In this document: in pieces, positions 42,786 through 57,700 of the stretch
How the letters are laid out: every line of letters begins with the position of its first letter
How positions within the stretch are numbered: the stretch's first letter is position 1
Assembly: GCA_031835245.2 (NCBI GenBank)
Contig: JAVKOQ020000034.1
Span: forward strand, 62,001-126,000
Length of the DNA: 64,000 bases
Source: Balamuthia mandrillaris
Taxonomy: Eukaryota
Direction: 5' to 3'
Position numbers and translations under genes: made by a program
The notes under the pieces: generated by a model
Database searches by the model: none
Told to the model about the DNA's origin: nothing
Seen by the model: the letters and a program-made list of their open reading frames with translations, nothing else

Positions 42786-43287
42786 TGAGAGTTGTTTTTC
42801 GTTGTTTTGTTCACCCTAGGGTTTCTAAACAAAAAATAAAGAAAGAAAGAAAGAAGTGCACGGTGAGTCCGGACCGGGGATCCCCAAGTCTTTCATGTCT
42901 CCCTCACAGCAGGGGAGAACCTAAACTGTCGACAGCAAAATATTCTTCATAATAGGTTGAATGTAAACAATTAGGGTCGTGTGGAGAACGCAAAGAATTC
43001 GAAGAACCTAACCGGGAACAGAACCATGAAACTATTAGGTTGATTTTCCCATAGTGATCTCAAAGAGTCCAAATTCGGGTAATTCTTGACGAATGTAAAG
43101 AATGCGAAACGATTTTTTGTTTTTTCGCCGACAGCAGAAAGGGAGGGAAGATTTGGAAGAAAGAAGAGAAAGAATCAGGGTTGGGGGAGGAGGAACGCGA
43201 TCCGTGGTGTGTTTTAGAAAGAAAAAAACAAAACCAAAGACAGCTTTGCGTGTGTGTGTGTGACAGACTAAAACCCAAAGAGAACGA

Positions 43288-44629
43288 ATGGAAAAGAGTG
43301 GCAGCAGTGAAGAAACGCAACAACCAAAGAAGCTGGTCAAGGTGTGGGTGGATGGCTGTTTTGACATGATGCACTTTGGCCACGCCAACGCCTTGCGGCA
43401 GGTTCTCTCTATCTTTCTTGTTCGTGTTTTTCCCCACTCGCTCACTCGCCTTTGTTGTTGTTGTTTTTTTTTTCCCTTTCGCCCCACAGGCCAAAGCCTT
43501 AGGCGACTACCTCATCGTGGGCGTCCACTCCGACGCCGAAGTGCTCAAAAACAAAGGCCCTCCCGTCATGAAAGAAGAAGAACGGTTTTCTTGCACTCTC
43601 CTCTCTGCTCTCCCTTTCTCTCTACTTCCTGCAAATCCCTCCAACATTTTTTTTCAACACAAAGACCCTCACTCACCCATCGCTTTTCGTTTTCCACTCC
43701 AAAAAAAATAATGTGATTAAACAAAAAATCAGATATGCACAAGTGGCGGCCTGCAAATGGGTGGACGAGGTGGTGCCCGACGCGCCCTACATCACCCAGC
43801 TGGAGGTGATGGACCAGCACGATGCGGACTTTGTGGTGCACGGCGATGACGTTACCACGGCTGCCGACGGCAGCGACTGCTACGCCAAGGCCAAGGCGGT
43901 GGGCCGCTACCGGGAGGTCGCCAGGACGACGGGCGTCTCCACCACCGACATTGTCAAGCGCATGTTGGAGTGCACCAAGGAGCACTATGTGGTGGACGCG
44001 GGAAGCATTCTGGAGGGCTCGCCGATGGTGCCGAGTATGAGCGAGGGAACGAACAAGGGCAGCCCGCCGACCGGCATTGCCAAGTTTATCGCTACGTCGC
44101 AGAAGATAAGCAAGTTTTCAAATGGCAAGGAACCAAAGGTTTGTAGTTTTCATTTCCCTGCTTCTCTCTTCCATGTCCTCTCCTTCGCTGATCTTGTTCG
44201 TTTCTATGTTGGCTTGCTTACATTAATGTAAATGTCAAAAAACAAAACAACAACAAAAAAACAAAACAGCCAACAGACAAAATAGTGTACATAGATGGTG
44301 CTTGGGACGTGTTCCACGTTGGTCACTTGAAGATATTGGAGAAGGCCAAAGCCCTGGGCAACTTTTTGATAGTGGGTGTATTAGATGACCTCGTCGTCAA
44401 CCGCTACAAGAAAGCCAACTTTCCTATCATGAACCTCTATGAACGCGTGCTAAGCGTTTTGTCATGCAAGGTTTGTTTTTGATGTTCTTGTTCTTCTTCT
44501 TGTTCTTCTTCTTCTTCTTCTTGTTCTTCTTGTTCTGGTTCTTCTTGTTCTTCTTGTTCTGGTTCTTCTTCTTCTTCTTGTTCTTCTTGTTCTTCTTCTT
44601 CTTCTTCTTCTTCTTCTTCTTCTTCTTCT

Positions 44630-44667
<38 letters not shown>

Positions 44668-45072
44668 CCGCTCCTTTCGCTCTCACTGTGTCTGTTTTGT
44701 TTTGTTTTGTTTTTTTCTGCTTTTCTTTTCTCTATAATAATTTTTCAAAAAACAAAGTATGTGGATGAAGTGGTAATAGCTGCACCGGAGAAAATAACCA
44801 AGGAGTTTATTGACGGCCTCAACATCCAATGCGTGGTGCACGGCAAGGACCCCGTGGAGCCCTGCGAGGATGGAAGCGACCCTTACGAGGTGGCCAAGGA
44901 GTTGGGGTTGTACAAGGAGATTGACAGCGGGAGCGACATGACCACCACCGTCATCATCAACCGCATCAAGGAGAACAGGAAGATGTACGAGGAGAGGAAC
45001 AAGAGGAAGGAGGTGAAAGGGGAGGAGGAGAAGCGCGTGTTGTCGCAGCAGGCAGAAGCGACCTCTTCCTGA
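43288..45072 (+). CDS. PCYT2: Ethanolamine-phosphate cytidylyltransferase; multi-exon
   Basis: Two CT domains: VWVDGCFDMMHFGHANALRQ, KWVDEVV, RTTGVSTT, YIDGAWDVFHVGH, PIMNLYERVLSVLSCKYVDEVV. Confidence 0.96.
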
Positions 45073-45360
45073 AAGAAGGAAAAAATAATCGATAAAACCA
45101 ACCAAATTTTTTTTGTCGCTAGTTTCCTTTTGCGAGATATTTTAATATATTGTAAATTTGTCGACAAAATCTAAAACTATTATGTACATTTTGCGGTGAA
45201 TATTCATGACGACACGATATACACCGCCAACAAATTGCGATAATCGGCAAAAAACAGTGAAAAAGGGATTATTATTCAACAATCGTGATGTCGACAACAA
45301 ATAGATAAAACACCTGTAACGGAGTATCTCCTGTTGCAGCAAACAAACAAACAACGAAAG

Positions 45361-47876
<2,516 letters not shown>

Positions 47877-48217
47877 GAACAGCGCCTGAAATAACTCAAG
47901 TTAACACCTTCTTCTTCCGTGCTCTTCTTCCCCATCATCATTCTAGTTACTATTTTAGGTGAAAGTGACATCACATACTACCTAATTTAGAAACTATGAC
48001 ATCATATTCGATGCCCGATATTACCTTATAAGGTAGGTTCGCGTCGTTTGGTGACAATATCGTTTCGTTTATTGTTTTCGTTCTCAGGCCAAACGAAAAA
48101 AAACCAAGGAAGGACCTTACCCGTCGTTGTTTTTCAAACAGGCCAACAACGGAAAAGATTTCAATAGTGGAAAGCAAAGCTGTATTTTAAAAATCCGCAA
48201 AGAGAAGAACGAAGAGA

Positions 48218-51200
48218 ATGGAAGAGGGAGAGGTCTCGTCCTCTTCTAGCGGGGAGACGGCCAACGGGAGTGTGGATCTTCGGTTGCGCCTTGTGCCTTT
48301 GCCCCCTGCTACGGGCTCGCCCAACAGTCCAAAACTTCCCCGACCTCTCGCTCCAAGCTCTGGAAGTACAGTTTCTTTGGCTTATTTCACTTTCATTACT
48401 CTATCTGTTCTTCTAACGACCTCTTCTTCTCTCTTGTAGAAGTGGTAGCAACTGGAGCATCTGGCAGCATAAGAGAAAAAATTTCATCACTGTCTCAAAA
48501 TAGACTGTCACAGGAACAACAAAGAGACGTTTCTGCTTCTCCGTCTACTTCAACATCGTCACCACCACCACTTCCTGATCCTGAGGCCAGGGCAAGACTT
48601 CAAACCAGGATAAGGGGATTGTCTCAGCAGCTCCCAAACCATCCTATATTCTCGCCATATGCTGCTGAAGGCAGTAAAACTGCTGAAGGTAAAATATGAA
48701 ACACTCTCACTTTCGTGGCCTTTCCTTCTGCTTTAATTTTCGTATCTCACACAAAAACATACTAGATGTAGAACAAACGAAAACAAAAAAGAAGCCAACC
48801 AAATCGAGATCGTTCCGACTAACTCCTTCCAGCATACCACTCGGCCTGACCTCCAAGAAACGTTCTGCCAGTCTTAAAACCATTCCCACTTCTACCTCAT
48901 CCACCTCTTTGGCCTCCACTCCGTCTCCCCTGTCCTCCTCCTCCTCGCTTTCGACTACGTCTTCTGCTTCTCCGTCTTCTTCCCCGAACAATGTCCCTTT
49001 CGCTTCGATGACAACAGGTTCTCCTGGAGGAACTACCATCACAACTACCTCACGCCCTTCTAGAACTCTTCAATTATCCTCCCCGTCTTTTGCTCTGCGT
49101 CCTTCTCAAGCTTCTTCTACTGCTGCTCTTACATTCAACCCTCCTCCCTCTTTTTCTTCATCTTCCATATTATTGACTATAGATGTGCCATCGTTGGACT
49201 TCGCTTGGACGAACAACAAACTTCGTTTCCGCTCTTCATCTCCGGTGAGCAGTGCCAAAGAGGTCATTGAAAGTAGACTGAGAGAGAATTCTTCTGCAAG
49301 TGACAATAATCGACTCTATAATAACCACCTTGGCAACTCGTCTTCGGTGCTTGATGGCTTAAGTATGTTCTTCCCTCAGTTGGGCATATGGTTGGAGGAC
49401 GATAGAACGCTGGGAGAATACTTTCTGAAGAATGGAGTTCGTCACCCTTATTCTTATTCTCTTTATGCTCCCTTTAACAATTGACTGATAACAACGCACG
49501 AACAGGATCGTATCGAAATGAGACAACGCCCTCCTTCTTCCAACTTCTTCGTTGTTCACATTCTCGTTGAAGCATCCGCCATTGAGGAAGAAGTGCTTTG
49601 CTGCCACGAAACAACTGTTCGTGGAGTGATGCATTCGTTGCAACATCATGATGCAGCCACTATCAATGAGCCTGCTGACATTTCTAACTTTGGTCTTGTG
49701 AGGAATGGAACGTGGTTGGAGGATCATGTTCTAGTTTCTGGACTTGGACTTGCTGAACAGGTTTCTTTTTCGTCTTTCCGCTCCTTCCTTCTTTTCTTGC
49801 TTGTGTTTCTAAGCCTCTTCTTGTTCTTTTTTCTTGTTCCTCTTCTCCTTCTCCTGCAACTAAAAAAACATATAGGAGATATTGTTGTTCAGAAAACGTT
49901 ATCACCAAAAGCCAAAGAAGAAGCCGCCTCCGCCTCCTCCTGGCGTTCCTTCACCACAACAATCAGCAAACAATGGCTACGGTGATGACAGCAACTCACA
50001 CGAAGAAAGACCAGACGAGACAGCGACAGAAAAACAAAACTCTCCCAAAGCACCTCCAAAACGAACGCAGTCGATGTACTTGCCTCGTTTGTCTGCCTTC
50101 TCCCCTCCTGTCGGTCCACGAGCGCTTCTTCAACCCGCTTCTTCTCCCCATTCCAGAGCTTTGGCTGGGTCACCATCTCCTTCACCTACTGCTGTGCCTG
50201 TTTCTTCTGCTTCACAAGCAGAAACTGAACAAACCGAAGCTGAGGCAACTGAAAAAGAGAGCTCTCCCTCGACAATGAATCGACCCTCTCAAGGAAGGTT
50301 GAGAAAGAGAAGAAGTTCTACTGGAGGAACTTTGCGAAGCGTTTTGCGGAGAGCTACTAACAGCAACTCAGCCGATGCCTCCAACAACAACAACGAAGCA
50401 AACAATAACGACATGACCAACAACCAAAAAAAAGAGAGTAAAGAAGACACAAAGAAGAAGAAGAAAAGCGGAAATAGGAGAGATGATAACAAGATACGAA
50501 TGCAAAACAAGGATCCGTCGTCAACGTCTCCTTCACACGCTTCTACGCCATCTTCTTCTTCTCCAGGAGGAAGTCCAAGAAGGATTGGAGCGTTTAAAGC
50601 CTTATCAATGTATCTCTCTGACAAGGAAAAACCTCAACTCGAACAACTCCAGTATGCTGTTTCATCGTCTGCTTCCTCCTCTCCTCCTCGTTCCGGCGCA
50701 AGTTCTCCTTCATTCCCTGCTTCTGCTTCCCCATTAGAAAGCCCTTCTTCATCCGCTCTTGTGAAGGTAATGTGCATCGAAGAAGACTTTTCCACCTTGG
50801 TGAAAGTGAGCGGAACAGATACAGCCGGCGACTTGAAACGCCGTTTGAAGAAGAAGATGAGAAACATCGATGAGTACGATCTTTACATTGTTCGGAATGA
50901 TGAGACGGGCGGAGAAGAAGAACCAGTGAGCGGTGAACTAATGGAGGACGTTGAGGCATTACAACACCATAACATTCGTTCTGGTAACGTTTTATTTCTT
51001 CGACCGAACTCTTCGCGCCATCAACTTCAGCCCAAACATCAAGCCCATTACCCCGCTTCTCCTCTTATCTCTCCTACCCGCGATGCCTCAGTCTCGCCAA
51101 CACCTGAAGATTCCTCTTCATCTTTGCATCCGCCTTTTGTTTCGTCATCCTCTCCTCCATCAACGGAAAGTCCAAGAGGGAGAGCACGTAATGGTGCATT

Positions 51201-52550
51201 ACCCTCAATGGATGATGATGGCGGAGACGAAGGAGTTGGTAACATTGGATATGGAAAAAGACGTGCCGGACCGTCGAAGAAGATCTACTCTTCTCTCTCC
51301 CACTTTTTCAAGAACCGACCAGATAGAGGAGAGTTGGTGGAGAGAAACATATTGGCCGAGCCCCCCGTTGTGGCGGAGAGCTCTCCCGCGTTGCGGTTGC
51401 CTGTCATCACAGCCTTAGTGAACTATCTCGATTCTCCTCGTAAGTAATCCTTCACCTGTTATTGAAGAAGTTTTTAACACGTTGTTTTAAACGAACAGAA
51501 GCGTTGCAGTCAGAAGGATTGTTCAGGATATCAGGAACTGCTGACACTGTTCATAAGATTTGGTCCACGTTTCATGGTATGAGTTTGTTGATTGTTTCAG
51601 CAGCTGTTTTTGTGCTCACGCATAACGTAAAACCAAACAACCAGGAAGTAACTTGTCTCTGCCGGAAGGTAAGGTACATGACGTGGCGGGCGCCTTCAAA
51701 CAGTATCTTCGCGAGAGTCCTCAACCGCTGATCCCATTCGGCTTTTACGAACGCTTTTTGAAAGCTGGAGGTTAGTTTGTCTTCTGTTCTAGCTTCATTC
51801 GTTGTGCTCATACATTTCTGTTAAAAAAAAACAGCAATAGAAGACCATGATGATCGTTGCCCTGTGCTGAAACAACTTGTTGAAGACTTGCCGCGAGAGA
51901 ATCGTCTTATGCTTGTGTACCTCTTTTCTCTCTTGCAAAAAGGTGTTCTTCTTGCTTTATGCCGTTCAACTTCTTGTTCTTTTGTTTTTCTTCTCTTCCT
52001 CCTCCTCCTTCTAGTTCTTCTACTTGTTCTTCTTCTATTCTCTTCTTCATTTTTCTTCTGACCCATCATGTTGTGCAGTCACACAATATTCGGAGGACAA
52101 CAAGATGTCATCCAACAATCTGAGCATCGTGTTCGGGCCTACCATCATGAGAAACATGTCGAACACGGTGGACTATTCCTCAACCACCCGGCAGAGCAAT
52201 GTCGCCTTTTCGCTGGTGGAAGACTTTGACAACATCTTTGAGAAGCTGCTGTTGGAGAAGGAAGCTGAAGCCATCGATGACCAAGAACCGGAAAACGCAG
52301 CTAGACCAGCCGCAAGCCATGTACAGAAAGAATTGTTGCTGGACGATGGTAAACTCCTCCCTATCTCTCCACTTCAGTGCTCCATTTGTTCTGAGTCAAA
52401 TACAATCCCCATATCAAGGAGAGCGCGAAGCATATCAACTGCTTCTCGATGGGCTACAGTCGCAAGGGAAATCCGTTGCAGAGAGAAGGGAATCACTCGC
52501 TCGTCTTGTGGTTTGTCTTAATGGTATTTCTTCTTTCGTGCTTGAGAGGG

Positions 52551-52609
<59 letters not shown>

Positions 52610-52761
52610 AAAAACATAAACTAATAATAGGGTGAAAAAGTACAGACGTCAAGTTCAAGGAACATCTGTTACAAAGCAAAGGAACAGAAGGAGTGTTCGC
52701 TCTCTGTTCATCCATCGCCCAACACGCTCTTTTGCTTCTCAACAACGATTCACAAACCTGA
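48218..52761 (+). CDS. RhoGAP with ubiquitin-like/FERM-F0-like domains and an RPEL motif; multi-exon
   Basis: GIWLEDDRTLGEY and GTWLED (F0/UBL-like), LSHFFKNRPDRGELVERNIL (RPEL), EGLFRISG, DVAGAFKQYLRESPQPLIPF, NKMSSNNLSIVFGPTIM. Confidence 0.87.
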
Positions 52762-52856
52762 AGTGTGGCCTCTTTGCTCTTCTTTTTTGCTGTTGTTTGT
52801 AACAATGTATCAATACATGCTCGTTTCTTCCTTTGCGTTCTTTCCTCTGCCTCGAC

Positions 52857-54090
52857 TCACTTCAAAAGCGAACAGTCGAGAACGGTCAGCTCAGGAGCGG
52901 CATAACCGGTGTTAAAGCCCATCACAAAGGGGTGCGGCGGCAGGGAAAGCGCCCCAGAAACATCCTGACCGTTCACCTCGAAGCGAACCGCTCTCTTCCT
53001 ATCATCCACGGTCACGGTGATGGTGTAAGGCACGTTCTCGTCAAAGCCTTGCGCCAACGTGAAGCGTTTGTCTTTAACGCAGGCGCGAAGCCCTTGTTCA
53101 TCCACATCCCGTTCTCGTTGTAGCTTTTGGAGCAGCTCGTGTTCGGCAAAGTAACACCGCCTGTCTGAAATGCTCAGGGAGACAAAGGGGAGCCGCTTGA
53201 TGAGGAAGGTGTTGAAGTAGCCGCCGCCGTAGTTGAAGAGGGGGTCGGCGGGGTCGAGGTGGAAGAGGCCGACCTCCCAGTTGCGCGTGGCTTGGAACTG
53301 CAGGCGGATGGCCTTGTTGTGCCAGCCGCAGAACATGGCCTTGCGTTCCTCCGGATGGTCCCTGTCGTCAGCGTCCGGCCGTTGTTGTTTGCCTCTGACC
53401 GGCTCAACTTCCTTCTGTGGCGAGGAGGAGGCAGACGGAGAAGAAGCTGATGGAGAAGACGACGATGAAGCTGAGGAAGAAGAAGACGAAAAAGAAGAAG
53501 ACGAGATGGGGTGACGAAGAAGCCATGGGCGCAGCTGGCGTTCGGTGGAGAGAACGGCCTTGGGGCAGGAGCCCTGATGGTCTTCGCGCAGGATGGTCCG
53601 GAAGTTGGGGGAGGGGAAGAGATAGACGTGGGCGGCAAGCAGGGGGTGAAAGCAAAACCTGGTCTGGGCGTACTCTTTGAACTTTTGGATCCAGTTTGCT
53701 GCTGCTGGTTGTTGCTGCTGCTGTTCTCCCTCTTTCGGCGATGAAGAGGAGATCAGGTGGCCGTCAAACTCGCCAAAGGACTGAAGAAAGAAATGGCTCC
53801 AGACAAAGTCGTCTTGAGCGGCGGAGAGCCAGCGTTTGTTAACCGTAAAGCAGGGGTGGATGGACGCTACGTCCAGAAACCGAAACATCATCATCTGATA
53901 TAATGTTGTTGTTTTTTTTTTTAACAAAAAAAACGTTGTGTTCGTCAAACCCTTCAGCTGATGAAGAAAAGCAAGAGACGAGAGAGATGATCCCTCCTCG
54001 TTGCCCCCAACGTTGTTGTTAGGGGAGAGGGACAAAACAACAAACCAGTATTTCGGGAGGCAGCTCCTCCCAGCCCTCCTCCCCCTCCAT
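52857..54090 (-). CDS. F-box protein with a beta-sandwich (SPRY-like) C-terminus; 2 exons
   Basis: WEELPPEIL|MMMFRFLD..VNKRW..AQDDFVW F-box motif across one GT-AG intron; C-terminal ITVTVD..VRFEVNG. Confidence 0.8.
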
Positions 54091-54341
54091 TTCGTTTATC
54101 TCTTCTTCGTTGTTCTTTTTAGCACCAAAATATAAGAAAGCAAAAACAAGAATTAGTAAGAGACAGAGAGGGGAGAGAGAGGATAGAGGAGAGAGAGAGG
54201 GAGGGAGGGAGGGAGGGAGGGAGGGAGGGAGGGAGGGAGGGAGGGAGGGAGGGAGGGAGGGAGGGAGGGAGGGAGAGGGAGAGAAGCGAACCACATGGAG
54301 AGAGCAAATGAGCTTTATACACTTGTCCTAATTGTGCTATA

Positions 54342-54390
<49 letters not shown>

Positions 54391-54736
54391 AATGAAGAGC
54401 AAACTAAGAATGTTTCAGAGAGAACAAAGAAGAGAGAGGAAACGAAGAATGTTTCAGGGTGAGAGAGAGAGAGAGAGAAAGAGCAAACGAAAAATGAAGC
54501 GTAAACTAAGAATGTTTCGCAGAGAGGAGAGAGAGAGAGAGAGAGAGAACACGAATGAGAAAAGAGAGCAAAGAAGAGCGAAAAGCAAACGGAGAGAAGG
54601 CTTCTAAGAGAGAGAGAAAGGGTGTTTTTGTTTTCAAACGGTTTTTTGTTATTGCAAAGAGAGGGAGGGAGAGAGAAACAACCGCACAGGCCGCGTTGCT
54701 CCACCACCACCTTCTTCTTCAGCTTGGTGAAAGTAC

Positions 54737-57700
54737 TTAGTTGAGCTTGACCCACTCCACAGGGGCCTCCTGGATACCGACGGCGTCCACGTTGACGGCG
54801 GTGGGCAGGCCGGTAAGCGGGCGTGGGGAGTACATGTACATGAAGATCTGGTCGCTGTAGAGGTGCTCGGTGAAGAGGTTGAGGGAGACGGAGAGGAAGG
54901 ACCTGCTGTTGTAGATGTTGCCGCCCTCGCCCGGGCCCAAGATGTTGATGAGGTCCTCAAAGTCCCAGATGGCAATGACCTTGGAGAGGTCGGCCGAGCC
55001 CTTGACCAGGATGATGTCTCCGACCTCGTAGCTGTAGGCAGCGCCGAGAGGGTCGGTGCCGCTGACCTCGAAGCGAGAGATGTAGGGCAGCTCGATCTCG
55101 GGCTCCAGCTGCATGAAGCTGCGGCCGTTGAGCTCCAGCTCGAAGAAGGTGCCGGGGACGAAGGTGCCGGCGGCACCGAAGCGCACCACGTAGGGGTCAG
55201 GCAGGGGGAAGACCACGTCGCCGCTGGCCGAGTCCACGCCGGGGTACCTGAAGCTGAGAGGGCCGTGCCAGATGTCCAGGCGGCCGCCGAGGCTGACATC
55301 GCCGTCCACGGAGAGGTCGTCGTGGAGGTGGGTGACGCCTTCGACGTCGAGGTCGCCGCCGATGTCGACGTCCTGCTCGAGGTGGGAGTCGCCGGTGACG
55401 GTCAAGATGGAGTCGATGGTGACCACGTCCTCGAAGAGGGAGGTGCCAGAGACGGTGAGCTCGGTGAGGAAGGAGACGCTGTCCACGGTCAGGTCGTCAG
55501 TGACGGAGACATCGGTGGCGTGGACCAGGGTCACAAAGGCAGTGTCGGTCACGGTGATGTCGAGGTTGAAGGTGGCATCCTCGGTGAAGGTGGAGGTGGC
55601 GTCCACGGTAAGAGGGCCGTTCAAGTAGGTGGTGAGCTCGACGTAGAGGTCCTGCTCAATGGTGACGTCGTTCTCGGCAGTGATGAGGCCGTGCACGGAG
55701 AGATCAGCTCCCAGGGAGGTAGAGCCAGAGGTGGTCAAGGTGTTCAAGAAGGTGTCCTGTTGGACGGTGAAGTCGTTGGTGACGGTGCCATCGGTGGCGA
55801 GGAGCTCGGTGATGGTGGCGGTCACATCGACGGTAATGTCAGCATCGAAGTGGGCATCCACGGTGAAGAGAGAGAGACCATTGACGGTGACCTCGTCGTT
55901 GAAGGTGGAGACACCCTGGAAGGTGGCAGGGCCAACGACGGTGGCAGCAGCAGTGACGCTGAGCAAGCCATCCACGTAGGCATTGCCATCGAGTTGGGAG
56001 TCACCCCAGACGGAGAGGGACTGAATGTAGGCCAAGTCCTGCACGGTGAGGTCGTCCTCGACGGTGGCCTCGGTGGCAATGAGCTCGTTGATGGTGGCGG
56101 TCACGTCGACGGTAATGTCAGCATCGAAGTGGGCATCCACGGTGAAGAGAGAGAGACCATTGACGGTGACCTCATCGTTGAAGGTGGAGACACCCTGGAA
56201 GGTGGCAGGGCCAACGACGGTGGCGGCAGCAGTGACGCTGAGCAAGCCATCCACGTAGGCATTGCCATCGAGCTGGGAGTCACCCCAGACGGAGAGGGAC
56301 TGGATGTAGGCCAAGTCCTGCACGGTGAGGTCGTCCTCGACGGTGGCCTCGGTGGCAATGAGCTCGGTGATGGTGGCGGTCACGTCGACGGTGATGTCGG
56401 TCTCAAAGTGGGCGTGGTTGGTGACAAGGAGGGTACCACCAATGCTAACGGCGCCCAAGATGCCAGCATCATCGTGGACAGTCAAGTCGTTGTCGATCAC
56501 AGCATCGTCAGCAACGAAGATGCTGGTGGAGAAGTGGCCAAAGCCGTTGACGGTGAGGTCGTTCAAGAAGGAGATGCCCTCCACGCTGAGTTCATCGTTG
56601 ACAAGGATATCATCGGCCCACACAAAGTCGATGGTGGCGGTGGCGTTGACGGTAACGTCGTTGTCGAAGAGGGTCTCTCCGTTGTGCCTGGAGCCGGCAT
56701 CCATCAAGACAAAGGCGTTGAAGTTGGCACGGCCGTCAAAGGTGGAGAGGCCGTTGACGGTGAGCTCATCGTTGATGCTAAGGTCGTCGTGGATGTAGAC
56801 ATCGTTGCCGAGAGAAGAGTCGTTGTCAACGTAGAGGACGGCAAGGGTAGAGGAGCCCTGCACAGAGAGTTCGCCATGAACAAGAGCCCCACCGGCCTCC
56901 AAGGTGTCAACATCAGCAACTCCAGTGACGTCGATACCAGCCATGAAGATAGCCTCCACGGCAAAGGTGGCGGTGGCATCAAAGTCAACAACGTCGTGGA
57001 AGTGAGCAGAGTCATGGAAGTCGGAAATGGAGTTGAAGGTAGCAGCGCCCTCCAACACAAAGTCCTCATCCACGGTGAGATCGCCAGCAACGGAGTGGTC
57101 GCCAAAGACAAAGGCATCACCGCCCAAGGAGGCGTAGCCCTGCACGCTGAGCACGCCGGCATTGACGATGCCATCCACGATGGCGTTGCGGGTGACGCTA
57201 AGGTCGTTGGAGAACTCGGCGTTGACGGCCTCCAAGTCTCCACCGATCACAGCGTTGCCATCAGTGTCCAGGCTGGCAGAGTGTGCGTTGCCATCGACGT
57301 TGGAGTTGCCAGCAACCCAGATGTCGTCGTTGACGGAGAGGTCCAAGTCAACCTCAAGCTCGCCCCAGAACTCGGCGTTATCGGCCACACGGAGGGTGTC
57401 GTTGAGGAAGGTCTCGCCGTTGACGGAGAGCTGTCCATCGAGGAACGAGTCGCCAGTCACGGTGACGTCCACCTCGAAGGTGGCAGTAGCCTCGAAGGTG
57501 GCAGTGCTGCCAACCAGCAGAGTGCCTCCAACTTCAGCGTTCTCAGCAACATCCAAGAGGTTAGTGTCGGTGCGTCCCTGAACGACCAAGGAGCCAAGAT
57601 CAGTGGAGCCAGAGACGGTCAGACGGGCAGAGGTGATCTCATCGGTGACGGCAAGGTCGCCCAGAATGTCAACATCAGCCCCGAAGGTAGCGTCGGCCTG

